DNA of 64,000 nt. It comes from Octopus vulgaris (Eukaryota). Below are positions 26,724-39,042 of this stretch, piece by piece. Location: assembly GCA_951406725.2 (NCBI GenBank), contig OX597830.1:12586001-12650000 (forward strand), in the 5' to 3' direction. Positions within the stretch are counted from its first letter, which is position 1. Every line of letters starts with the position of its first letter. Made by a program: the position numbers and the translations under genes. Below the pieces are notes generated by a model, which saw only the letters and a list, made by a program, of their open reading frames with translations, made no database searches and had not been told where the DNA came from.

Positions 26724-27144
26724 CTTATAAATAAAGGCAAACGAAAAAATTTCTAATGCCAAACATGCCGAAAATTGGACATATTGTCGATTACCATATA
26801 ATTTTTCACAATATGCACGCTACTCGAAATATGCTGGCCATTGATAAGTGACAGTGAGTTCCTCGCGTCGTAGATTTTACACCGGAATTTTGTTGAAGCC
26901 CTTAGCTCAAAAATCTTCCTCGGAGGCAGTGAGGTAGTTACCTAGAGTGGAGGGTGGCTACTGAATGCTGCAATACATGTCCATGGAAGCAGGGTGTTGA
27001 CACGTCGAATACGTCCAGTATGCTTTGCCACTAACTCATATTTGGCATTAGAAATTTTTTCGTTTGCCCTTCTTTATAAGTTGCTTATAATTTTAACCTT
27101 TAAAGGTATTTTTTAATATGCTGGCCATCGATAACATTTATATA

Positions 27145-27175
<31 letters not shown>

Positions 27176-27244
27176 GTATGTACGTGTGTATGTACGCATG
27201 CATGTATGTATGCATGTATGTATCGATATATATAAGGGCAAAAT

Positions 27245-27600
27245 CTAGGGATCCAAGTATAGGAAGTTTGTAAGCTTCAAACAGTCTGTCGTAGGTATAG
27301 AAAACAAGAAGTGGACGATGTATGGTAAGGAACAATAAGAATTTATTGGCATCGAAGGTTACGCACTTATTTCCCATAGCGAAGTTACGAGGAAACACGA
27401 TAAACCGAAAGTTTCTGTATTGTTCATGGTTAGCAATTAAAGTTGCTACAAATGCGAATAAAAATCCAAATTCAGAGTATGGAATGGGTAAAATCCTGGG
27501 TAGATATGTTTCTTAGCTAGTTGATCCCCTGATGGTTCAATGAGAGGTACTCTACTTAACTAATCACCTGGCCGAGAATACCTTAATTAAACGAAGGTTA
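27245..27600 (-). mobile_element. Decayed Penelope-like RT fragment
   Basis: FAMGNKCVTFDANKFL...RPLLVFYTYDRLF resembles the PLE RT motifs AMGxxxAPxYANxFM and PxxWxRYxDDxF. Confidence 0.45.
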
Positions 27601-28585
27601 CATTGTCGCTTGGAATTTCCAAGTTAACTCATCGCGGATGTGAGTTGAAATGAATACCAAAGTCGGAAGGACGGAATAAAAACTCAAAAGTCTGAAGAAA
27701 TAAAATGGTCAAGAATTAAGAAAGGGATGGATGACCTCAAATATGAGGACGTGGGAGTCATGTAAGGTTAATACAAATGAAGAAAAGGAAAAGGAAAAGA
27801 GGAAGGAAGAAAATGAAAGTAAAAAGGTTGCTACATACATATAGGAAAACTGTTAACGTCACTAATTGTAACTGAAATAGCCGAAGCACCTATATTGCAA
27901 GAAATAAGAGTTAAAAACTCTTAATTCTATTTTCAACATTCAACTCAGTTTTTAACTCTTATTTCTTGCAATATAAGTACTTCGGCACCTTTAGTAACAA
28001 TCAGTGACGATAAAATTTTTGCTTTATGGTAAGGTATTGCGCCAAGCCGTTTATATATATGTATATATATATATATATGTATGTATGTATGTATTCCCCT
28101 TCCTATAACCAAAATTTTTATAAGTTGTGCTTCACTATCATCCTCATGTTTTCTATTCTTTTTCTGCCCTTTCAAAAATACAAACACACTGTACCCTATC
28201 GTTAACTGTTTCTTATATGTATTAACCCTCCCAACCACTTAGTCCCTCTCAAGAACCCAAGAGGCACATTCATCATCCAAACTTTATCTGCCCATCCCTG
28301 CAGAACACTGAGGAGATGGAGATGGCATGGAAGATTTCGTTGCCTCTTGGCAGAAACGGTCGCAAGGAACTAGAACCTACTGACTATCTGATCTTATGCA
28401 CTTTTCTGTAATATTAGTACATGTGTATGTATCACATAGTTATTACGTGTGTATGTATTCTAATACTTTCTAATACTTTGAATAAATAGACATACTAGAA
28501 TAATATAATAGTCTACCGGCTGATGCATGTCGTTTTTGCATCCTCTCCATTTTCTTATTTGCCGTATCTATGTATATATATATAT

Positions 28586-28640
28586 ATATCACTGACGAAG
28601 GGAGAGTTCTTATGAACTAACCCTGAAATCGGTCCGATAT
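28586..28640 (+). ncRNA. Type-I hammerhead ribozyme motif, canonical core
   Basis: atatca-CTGACGA-AGGG.agttc(ttat)gaact.CCCT-GAAA-tcgg-TC-cgatat; GUC cleavage triplet. Confidence 0.75.
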
Positions 28641-28921
28641 GGTAATAATGGAATTTTTAGAAATTTCTGTCGACCTTTATCGAGTAGCGTGCGTATTGTG
28701 AAAAATTATATGGTTATGGACAATGTGTCAAATTTCGGCATATTTGGCATTAGAAATTTTTTCGTTTGCCCTTATTTATAAGTTGTATATATATATATAT
28801 ATATATATTCATATAAAGTTAATCCAAACAAGAAAACACAGAAAAAAAGAGAAAAAAACAGCAACGCGAGGACGTGGAACAATTAAAGTATTATTGACGC
28901 TCAGGAAAGAAGGGAAGGAGG

Positions 28922-28956
28922 GTTTAACGTTTCGAGCGGAGCTCTTCGTCGGAAAC
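28922..28956 (-). ncRNA. Minimal type-I hammerhead motif (U4C core) within a short repeat at ~28810-29060
   Basis: rc: gttt-CCGACGA-a-gagc(tcc)gctc-GAAA-cg-TT-aaac; stems I and II pair, stem III is the palindrome ACGT. Confidence 0.7.
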
Positions 28957-29201
28957 AAGGAGAAGGAAAGATCCCAAGAAGGGAAGACAGAGGAAAAAAT
29001 ATTTTTGCTGGTGGTGCTCAAGAGATCACATGTTGAAAGAACAGAAGTTGGGAGGTAGACGAATCATGATTTTTAAAAGCAAGAGAGTTTCAAAAAAGGG
29101 GAAATGTGTGTGGGTGCGTGTGTGTGTGTGTGTGTGTGTGCAAGGATGTCAAGTGTGTTTGTGCGTGCGTGTGTATGTGTGGTGAATAATAAGCAATGGC
29201 A

Positions 29202-29244
<43 letters not shown>

Positions 29245-29272
29245 TATATATATGTACATCTATGTATATATA

Positions 29273-29820
29273 CTAGCTGATGTACAAGGTAATTCCCGGG
29301 AAAGCGGAGTTTATCCCTTGGTTACGTTCTCATAATTGTTTCGCTAATACAATAACAACAATATAAAGTATGTACCCCTTAAAACGGTTTTTGTGCATTT
29401 ACAGAAAATACCGAATTGTCTTACACAAGATCTCGTTTTTAGGAATTTCCAGTAAGTTATGAATATCCAAATTATGAAGAGAGTTATGTAATAATATGAA
29501 ATTAGTTACCCAATAGTAAGAATTCAAATAAATTAGCCCCGAAAAGAGCTTTAATGCGTTCCAGAGTATAGAGAACATAGGAGGAAATTCTAATAAGTTA
29601 TGTATACTAAAATCGTGAAGCGCGTTACGGAATAACAGGCTAATCAGGTATGAGATAATAATTCAAAGTCAATAACTCTGAAAATCGGTGCTAGTGTTGG
29701 TATATTCGTGAATAAGTCATTAACCGAAATCCATTCATTGTTAGGAAAATATATTTCAACGTGTACAAATAACAATGAAAAATAAATAAATAGTTACTAG
29801 GATAGCAAAAATTCAAATAA
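29273..29820 (-). mobile_element. Probable decayed Helitron 3' end
   Basis: a|ctagctgatgtacaaggtaattcccggg terminus followed by degenerate internal repeats. Confidence 0.4.
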
Positions 29821-29944
29821 GGGCCGAGGATATTACAGCCTAGTTATAAAGGTAGAAATTTCAGGGTTAAGTGAAATGCTTTTGTATAACATGGATAAAT
29901 TAAGAAATGGTGTCAAACGCAGGAGTTATTCAAATCATTTACAC

Positions 29945-30030
29945 TTCCAACATATGTTTCGAAAAAACATTGAGATTATTCTGGAGGAATAAAAATTGGT
30001 GTAAAACAATCCAATCATCTCGTCAGGGAA
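29945..30030 (-). ncRNA. Type-I hammerhead motif with canonical core and long stem II
   Basis: rc: ttcc-CTGACGA-g...attggattgtt...aataatctcaat...c-GAAA-catatg-TT-ggaa; palindromic stem III ACATATGT. Confidence 0.7.
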
Positions 30031-30593
30031 TAAAAAAAGAAACAAATAAGCCGTTTTAACCAAATGTGATTACCGCGTACGTCAGTATATGATGTAAGGA
30101 GAATTCTAGCAAGTTTTTTTTTAAACTGTTAATAGATTTCACGTGAAAGGTAATTTAGAGAAAGAGAAGGAGGAGAAAGAAAGAAATGAACAGAAAATAA
30201 AGAGTTGACCGGTTTAACACAACACTTCATTGCATAACGAGCTACCAAACATCCTGACTGCATACTGCAAAGTAGTCAGCTGTGACAAGCAGTGTTTAGT
30301 TGGATGAGTTCAAAGTGCTGCCACAGCCGTCATTCCGGAATAACAAAAGTTGGCAGGTCAGCTTATTAGAATACAGTTATGATATAGTAAAATTACAATA
30401 ATCTAGGGCAGTTATAATTGGGTTTCCTGAAAAAAGTCTCAAAACTTTTGGAATGGGCCTCGTATGTTCCTTGATTAAAAAAAAATCTCCTTCGATGTTT
30501 TCAAGCTGATCACTAATAGAGTAACTAAGCATCGTTATTTGAGTCGAAATGGATATAAGGATTTATGAAGATTCGAGATTCGAGCTCAAATTA

Positions 30594-30649
<56 letters not shown>

Positions 30650-30859
30650 GTGTGTGTGGACGGACGTTTGTATATATGAATTTGTGTACGTATTCTCGTG
30701 CAAGACCATGAGCAGGCAAGTCATGCCTATCTGTCTGTTTAGTACAGAAGAGTATATTTTCGTTTTATGTATAAATGCATGTATATATTTATCTCTGCTC
30801 TATTTATGCAAATACATACCGTGTACACAGATGTGCTTATATCTTTATGATCATTGAAG

Positions 30860-31475
30860 CCAACTATGGCAAATCTTCCCTCTACCACTAATTGATTGAA
30901 TTTGAAGGGCCTGAGTCAGCTTGCTTCGGCCTTTATTGGAAAATACCAGCATTTCCAAGCATTTTAATGAAAATCTATTGTTGAATAGCTTTTGTACCTA
31001 ATACAATAGGTAAGAATAAGAATCGATAATCAAGCCACAAGAGCTAGTATGAAAGTTAATACCATACATTCATATTGGGGTAGCTTCTAATGAAGTAGTT
31101 GTTGTATTCTACACAGACACTCGTTATTTTCTCTCGCAACGAAACGTTTTTATCTCTTTTGATATTTAATAGTAACGTGGTTTTTTTCCTGAATAGAGAA
31201 GGCATACCTTTTTATTTGAACATTTTCTGGAACTTTAGGGGAGATATATTTATTTACTGCGAGCCTGCCTTTTATACCAGTAGTTTACTTTTGCTCCCAG
31301 TCACAAAGAACAATGTAAAGTATGCTGTTCTTATTGGAATGTTCTACAAATATTTTGTTTTCAATGTCTGGATATATTCTGGTTTTGGTGTGCCTGTTAT
31401 GTGTATGCCACTATCTGCACAATCGGCTCTACAAATAGAATTATAAATTGCTTGGGTAACAATTTTATGGGAAAG
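30860..31475 (-). mobile_element. Possible highly decayed Penelope GIY-YIG region
   Basis: Weak similarity only (QAIYNSICRA...IHITGT...KTKY); lies upstream of the hammerhead at 29945-30030 on the same strand. Confidence 0.25.
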
Positions 31476-31479
31476 TATT

Positions 31480-33450
31480 ACCTTTCTGATATTTTAAGGA
31501 AGTTAGAATGATGTTGGTGATATCGTCCACCATAATTTGGCATACTTTTACTGGCCAGTGAAAGTATTGACAAGAGTTCCAAAAGCCGTGGGGTGATCTC
31601 AGGCTGCTCTCGATGCTTTGGACATACATCAGCAATCGGTGTCATCATTGGAGAAGCAACGAGAAATAACACACGCTTTCAGACATGTGGTTAGATCTCC
31701 TTAAATCCTACACAAGTGTTCCCCACCGGCTGATCCAAAGTGAACAGGAGTCCTACCAAATACTAACAGTAGTACTCGAACTCATGATGTCCCACATCGA
31801 TTTGCTAATCATGAGACTGACCGTGTACAACATCCGCGTAGGTGTACAATATCCGTAGTCCTATTCGTGGCGGCCAAGAACCTACTGTTAGAGATAAGAC
31901 GAAAACTATCAACAGGATCTGAAAATGGTGATAAATTAAGGCCTTCAGTCATCAGAGCTTTCATGGACATCATAACGGTCGTGACACCAACATTTCGAGG
32001 GACACGGCAGCCGCTGAACTTACTGGAAAAGATGGCCACATGATCATACATGAAGTCCAATCCAGAAAAACTTCGGAGCTTGAGTATTTTCAAATGAATG
32101 CTGATAAATAACGTCTTCAGCACTCAAGGACCTGAGATTCCAAGAATTCAAGCAAAAGATTGTTCGATGTTTTAGGCAGTACTTTTCGGGACAAGGGCAA
32201 TATCAAATTACGCCAAAACCCAACTTAGCAACTGACTATTAGCAATTCACAAAAGCCAGCAAAGTGGAAGATTCAAAGTATGGTGCTTCCTGTATGGCAT
32301 CATACTCAGATGATTGCAGCAGCCATTCTTGACTTGTGACTTTGCCGTGGCTCAGGTGCAGGTAATGGAGAGGTTTTCCACGGTAGCCTCGTGCGGAAGG
32401 TGGCTGGTGGTTTTCCAATCTTCAAGTCAATCAACCTGTACGGCAAGACCTCTCACTTCTGCTTATTAATTTTATCAGTAATAGAATTCCAAACTACCGA
32501 GGCACAGTTAGCACATTGCTTCTCTCCGAGAATGAGTCAGACATGCCAACAAAACCGTAAAGATGAAAAATCCAGGAAGTTATGAAAGAAGCGGAGACAC
32601 GAACTGTAAACAATAGATTGTTGGAGTTGTCTTTCAAAGGCAGCTATAACTTGGCAACTACAGGGGAACAAAGAGGGAAAAAATATCAATGCTAAAAGCA
32701 AGTGGCAGTTCATAATGTAAAGTATCCACTATTCTACTGAGGAAGATCGCCGTGTAAAGACCGTAAGACTTTTCTAAATAGATACAATAAAAACCAGGTA
32801 CTCGAGTGTCCTCTATCCTGAAGGGAACCCTGGAGTACTGACCAGAGAAAACTGTTCTTGATGTTGTGTGTCACCATTGTCATCTTGCCAATCTCCAATA
32901 CACTTAAAAGATGAGGCAAAAAAAGACTAATCCTGTAAGCAGTGTGAACCAGCTCATTATTCCTTGAACTCCATTTTAACCTGATTCCCTAGGTCAATGG
33001 GATAAGTGTCATGTGGACAAACCTACAGAGGGTTAAACCCAACAAACCAAAGCATCAGCGCCTAAGGGAAAGTTACAAGACTACTAAAATGAAAGCAACA
33101 GTAGAGGTTTTCTACTTTGCGTTCAACCCAAGACTGAGATATTAAAATTGATTTAAAGACTAGGCTAGTCTTCCTAGAAGAGGTAGCATCGCTCAGACCC
33201 AAACCGTTCCTTCTATCCAAGAGTGCAAAAACTATCACAAGCTTAAGAAATGCAAATATCAAAAGTTGATCGACCAGATGTTTATCAAGAGATGGGAACG
33301 CAGAGATAGGCATGGCAGCTGAAACTAGCTAAAAATTGCTGTTATTGACAAGGGACCGCAGGTGGAAATTACGCAAGCGAAAACTAATTCAGCCCATGCT
33401 GTCACACTCAGGCGAAGTGTACAGGTTGAGGTATGAAGCTACCAACAGAT
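31480..33450 (-). mobile_element. Highly decayed LINE remnant(s)
   Basis: Higher GC than flanks; WSVLQGSLQD resembles the RT motif SGVPQGS. Confidence 0.35.
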
Positions 33451-33564
33451 AATTCGGAAGAGTTTCCGACCTTTCGATAAATTTAGAAGAGCTTGAAATA
33501 CGTGGTTCCTGCAGATTCTGCGGGGGCTGAATCATCTCCGATATTTATTTCACCTTTCACAAGG

Positions 33565-33778
33565 TCTTTAAAATAAAACTGGATCTCTTCTTGTCAGGTG
33601 TCCCAGATGAACCAACTTCACGGCAGGAGGTGCAGATGAGGGCAGCTGCATCGAACTCTCTCATGCACCAAATGGTAATTGCTAAAAAGCATTCATGAAG
33701 TAAAATCACGTAGCAACACCAAGTGGCGGTGCCCCAGCATGGCCACAGCTCGTGAGCTGAAACTAGATAAAGATAAAG
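33565..33778 (+). mobile_element. CR1-group LINE extreme 3' end
   Basis: Homologous to 19325-19520 (KLDLFLSGVPDEPTSRQE); (GATAAA)n tail. Confidence 0.8.
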
Positions 33779-34444
33779 GTGATGATCGGAAGCATCCTTA
33801 TCTGTTTTGTTAGTCAAATATTTAGTATTATTCATCTCCCATTGAATAACGAAGCTGCGTCTTTCCTCAGCAGGTTCAGGAAACGCTACACTTACCGTAT
33901 CTACACATGCATCACTTTCTGTTGTGTATTTCTAACGCTAGTTTTGTTCAAGCAGAACAGTCCAGCTTATGTTGACTCATTTGAAATTGTTCTGCTCTCA
34001 GAGGTAGACTTTCGCTGATCGTTTGCCGTTGGTTATAACTAAGTCTAAAGTAGATCCTATCGGTATCGCAGATTATGTGGAGTGGTGATTAATATCTTTT
34101 TAGTCCTTACATGGCTGTCATATATCTCCGCAAGTATGCATTGCATTGTCTGTGAGTGTGTGTGTGTGTGTGTGTGTATGTGTGTATGTATGTATGTGTG
34201 TGTGCATGTGTGTGTGTGCGTGTTTATTTGTGTGTGTGTGTGCGTGTGTGTGTGCGTGTTTATTTGTGTGTGTGTGTGTGTGTAAAACGTTACCGGTCGC
34301 ACATACAGAGTGTATGTGTTTGTTCATACACATAAGCGATACTGAGTGTTAAAGAACATTTGAATGTCACTGACCAAGCGAGACAACTCGCCTCGAAATC
34401 ACCGTGAATGGTGTATACTTATATTTCGCTGTTAATGTGACATA

Positions 34445-34618
34445 CATTAGTCACTACACACATTTGTTCTCTCTCCTTGTTTTCTGTGTCCCTTTCTGTA
34501 GAAGAGCGTAGGCTCGAAACGTAAAAGACTTTTTCTATTCCTGAGCGCTATACTAATACCTCTGTTTGTTTTGTACACCACCTGTCTTCGTCTTTTGTTT
34601 TTTTCGTAAACTTTCCCT
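34445..34618 (+). repeat. Short repeat family with a hammerhead-like motif at 34492-34527 (A6U core)
   Basis: cttt-CTGTAGA-a-gagc(gtag)gctc-GAAA-cg-TA-aaag; homologous to 49362-49550 and 58350-58582; ends in (TA)n. Confidence 0.7.
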
Positions 34619-34835
34619 ATATATATATATATATATACATACGTATGTAAGTATGTATGTATAATGTATATTTATATGGGGGCGTACATGTATGCATGTG
34701 CATCTATGTATGTTTATACGTATGTATGTATGCCATACAGTAAGTTATAATAGTTATAATCACAAATAACGAATAACTTTTTTTATTATAGGCGTGCAAA
34801 TTACAGAAAGCTGAACTACGCGTTTTCATCTAAAC

Positions 34836-35040
34836 CAGTGGTTCTTAACCGCGGTCTATATGGCCCTTGGGGTCCACCTAAGATTTTGTTGCTAAAATCT
34901 GTGCTTCTACAATACACAAATTTAAACAAATATTATACAATTCCATATTTAATGCTAAAAATATAATAAGAGTGTTTAAACATTGAATGGCTATGGGGGT
35001 CGATTCGAGTAAAATCAATGGGGTACATTGAGAACCACTG
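34836..35040 (+). mobile_element. hAT-like MITE
   Basis: TIRs cagtggttctt / gagaaccactg; second copy at 48084-48327. Confidence 0.75.
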
Positions 35041-35699
35041 ATTCCATCAATTATATTTAGAATTTTCTTGACTTCTCTGGCGATACAATTATCTGAACTT
35101 CTCTGAAGTATAAATCACTGATCACAAATTTGTGCAAAAGCAAAGCTTCATTTTACCCGAAGAATTTTATTACAGTATTCAGTCAACTGAACTACCGTTC
35201 TTTTACAACAAAGGAAGATGCTATGTTGCTTGTTGAATTTATGTTGCTGTTAGCATTTGTTATATGTCAGTTTTGCATTCACTGCATCTCAATTATATAA
35301 CTTGTTTTATATTCAATAGTCTTCAGAATGATGATGGTTACAGATGGGTTTGCGGATTCTTTAACCATGTTCCATGTTGATATTTTCATAAGAATAATTG
35401 CTGCTATTGATGTTGCTGTGAGACACATTAGTCCTGATCAAGCAGCCTCACAACCAAAGACGTTTCAGGCATAAAAATCCCGGGGTTTTTTTCAGACATG
35501 GTACATTAAGAAGAACGGTAACTAATCTATTATTAATTTTATAAATATCAAGTCATTATTTGAGGGAGAATTGGTTGCTATTTTAACAGGTTAAGCTCTC
35601 CTATTTGCGTTTGAAGGATATATTTTGAAATATGTTGCTCACTCCGAAACGTTTCCATCAATTGCATCAGAATATACGCACAATAATAGAGTTTCCATA

Positions 35700-35897
35700 A
35701 TTTTAGAGCCATATCACTACTAACTCATCCTACACTTCAATGGTTCCAATTAAAATTGGGTAATTTTTTTCGGATTTAATTCTCTGTATTCCAGAGCAAT
35801 GTCTGTAAGTAGGTGACAACTGTTCCGTCAGCTCTGTCGTTTTTTAATTGCGATTCTTGTTACATCAAATGAAACATGCTTTTCTAAACATTCATTT
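35700..35897. repeat. Left arm of a ~195-bp inverted duplication
   Basis: Near-identical reverse complement at 38850-39042. Confidence 0.9.
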
Positions 35898-36537
35898 CTA
35901 TAAAAATCAGGTTTTATTTTCCAACAATTAATTCCCTTAATTTTTTTTTACGTTTTACAAAGCTTAACAGGAAAAAGTAGCTCAATAGCATAGATTATTA
36001 CAACACAACAGGATATATATCACTTGTGTTTCTAGATTCAAAAATAAACTGCGATCATTGATTTTAATGAGCAAGGACAATATGAAAATTGAACCTTTTG
36101 CCCAGATGATGCTTAATAGGTACAGTGAACAAAGAAATACTAGAAAATGTTAAAATAAACAATGACACATTTAACCCTATTGTAGCAACTCGGACAAAAT
36201 GTGAAGAATAAATTATTTTGTGTATACTCTTCATAAGCATTAAAGAATTTACTAAAGATAAGGTTGTTATACTTTCTAGAAAGTTCATGAAAGTAATCTA
36301 TTTTGAAACACCAAGGAAATAAGATGCATTAAAAATTAAAATAACTTTAATTTTATGACATCAGAAATGAACATTTATAAATAAAGATGGTTAATTTTTT
36401 TTTCTGATGATAGATTATAACATCTAAATAAATAAAACCTTGATTTATTTCAATGTGAAACTGCTTTGTTGACACTCAAAATGTGATTAAATACCAGTGG
36501 ATGCCAAAAATTAACTTTAAAAACGAGTTCAAGAGTT

Positions 36538-36920
36538 AGAGTGGCTGTGTGGTAAGTAGCTTGCTTACCAACCACATGGTTCTGGGTTCAGTCCCACTGC
36601 GTGGCACTTTGGGTAAGTTTCTTCTGCTATAGCCTCGTGAATGGATTTGGCAGACGGAAACTGAAAGAAGCCCGTCGTATATATGTGTGTGTGTGTGTGC
36701 GTGTGTATGTGTATGTGCGTGTGTGTTTGCCCCCCCTCACATCGCTTGACAACCGATGCTGGTGTGTTTACGTCCCCGTAACCTAGCGGTTCGACAAAAG
36801 TGACCGATAAAATAAGTACTAAGCTTATAAAGAATAAGTCCTGGGGTCGATTTGATCGACAAAAGGCGTTACTCCAGCATGGCTACAGTCAAAATTACTG
36901 AAACAAGTAAAAGAGTAAAA
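36538..36920 (+). mobile_element. SINE family B (internal microsatellite, CR1-like tail)
   Basis: gtggctgtgtggtaag...ggttcagtcc...ccagcatggctacagtc...ctgaaacaagtaaaagag. Confidence 0.85.
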
Positions 36921-37071
36921 AAAAAGAAAGACGCAGCGCAGCGCGTCTCAGAATTAGCTTAGAAAAATAAATTCTAATAAGAATAAGAATACAGATGTTG
37001 TTTCATAAATGTAAGCGTATTAAAGGATATGCTTAGTGAATACTAAAAGAAAACTAACTAGTACACAAATG

Positions 37072-37546
37072 GGGTCTTTACCTTTTGACCGACAGATTTA
37101 AAAAATAATTTTTTGTAACTAAACACTTTCAATCTTCGGACACTGGTAGAAAGTGTCATATAAAACATCTTTTACTCTTAGCATTTTTTAGAAAAACTTA
37201 TATTTACGAATATATTTCACGTTAAGTTTCTTGTATTTTGGTAATTTTAACCAATCAATGACGTGTAAAATCACTTCCGTTGTTTGTCAACAACAACTAT
37301 CAGCGGTGAATTTTTGTTTGCCACTGTTATTTATGACATCGTTCGTGCGTTTCTACTGGTTTTGAGGTTTTAGGGTTAGGGTTGTCATAAATAACAGTGA
37401 CAAACGAAATTTACACCACCGGAAGTTCTTGTTGACAAACAACAGTAGTAATTTTATTCAGCTAAATACACGTCATTGGTTGGTTGAAATTACTGAAATA
37501 CGACAACTTTAACGTGAAATAGCTTCGGTCAAAAGGTAAAGATTCC
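37072..37546. mobile_element. Palindromic MITE with TTAGGG repeats in its central loop
   Basis: TIRs tctttaccttttgaccga / tcggtcaaaaggtaaaga; internal arms ~37213-37339 and 37383-37521. Confidence 0.75.
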
Positions 37547-38849
37547 AGAGGTGGATGGTAGTGACATTAACTAAACATTAAAACAGCAGGTGTATGCTGG
37601 TGACATTAAATGATTATACTAGAAAAGCATTGAACTGAGCATTGAAAAAGTAAATGAAGGCGATTATTAACTGTCCATTAAACTAGCGGCGAAGGATGAC
37701 ATATAACCGACCAGTAAATTTGGGGATAGTGGAGCAGGATATACTAACAGTTAGTTAAACTAGTGGGGAATAGGGATGTAAACTGACCCTTAAACTTGTC
37801 TGTTACTAGCTTGTTACATAACTAAGAACCAAGCTACAATTCTTGTTGAAAGCTTTCAATAATTTTCAACTAATCGTTGTATTATGACAACATTTACAAC
37901 CCATTTAGTTCCTGAATGAATTGAAAGAATAATTTTACTGTTATTTGATGTCAGTGAAAGAAATCTATTGATTACTGCATAATAAAGCTTTGATGTTGCT
38001 TTTGCATTAAAAAACCGCTTCCACTTTCAAAGATGCTAAAATCTGTACTCGATGCAATGAAAGAATTGCTTTTATTTGAATCCCTGATAATCATAAAAGC
38101 TTGAAAGAAATTTTCAAAATCAAATAAAACAATTCCGAATAAAATATTGAACAACATTTTTATCAGAGAAGTGTGACAATATAGTATAGAGCTTATTTAT
38201 TCCAAGCTACTTAACAGAAAGGAAATAATACGGTGGCGAAGGTAGTGTTGCTGAAATGCACGATCTAATTTCGTAAACGGTCAATCGCAGGAAAATTTCG
38301 TCAAGAAATGAATGTAGAGTTATTTTATGAAATAAAGATAATCAATATAAATATAAAAGAAAATTAATTACCCTATTCAGTGGAATACTTTGAAGGCTAA
38401 TATAGATTTCAGACTGACAGTGACACAAAGTTGGCAGAAACATCTGAGGGACGCTTTTACATTATTTGCTTTCAACACTCTAGACCTGATCAATACCTAT
38501 TTGGCTGATTTTGTTTCTCATCTTTAGTTAAAGAATAATTTCAGTAATATACGAAATTCATCTGGAATCCAAATGATCAGCAACATATCTTCCTTACACA
38601 GTCGACTATGGATATAAGAAAAAATCAAAATTCTGGAGTAAAATATAGGAAGGTAGATAATAGGGACACTAGCGTGCGGTTCATAATGATCCACTGTTTC
38701 AATTGCATCCCTTTATTCTGGGAGTTTAATTCCAATTTCAAATCGATAAAATACTTACGAATCAAGTACTGGGAGGGGGTACTTAAAAAACTGTGTGTTG
38801 CATCAGGCCATCACCCCAAATATTAAATTTTTGTGTCAGTATTCTTATT

Positions 38850-39042
38850 GAAATGAATATAAAAAGCATGTTTCATTTGATGTAACAAGAATCGCAATTA
38901 AAATACGAGAGCTGACGGAACAGTTGTCACCTACTTACAGACATTACCCTGGAATATAGAGAATTAAATCCGAAAAAATTACCCAATTTTAATTGGAACC
39001 ATTGAAGTGTAGGATGAGTTAGTAGTGATATGGCTCTAAAAA
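38850..39042. repeat. Right arm of the inverted duplication
   Basis: Reverse complement of 35700-35897. Confidence 0.9.

Larger units (their letters stand above)
26720..28786. mobile_element. ~2.07-kb segment bounded by ~108-bp inverted repeats (MITE/foldback-like)
   Basis: 26720-26828 is the reverse complement of 28678-28786; (TA)n on both sides; partial third copy at 27038-27083. Confidence 0.65.

Noticed and set aside
34366-34412. CTGACCA-gcgag(acaa)ctcgc-GAAATCACCGTGA; also an aaaccggtc remnant at ~30205 on minus
   Set aside because: Core and cleavage site too degraded to call, though possibly hammerhead relics
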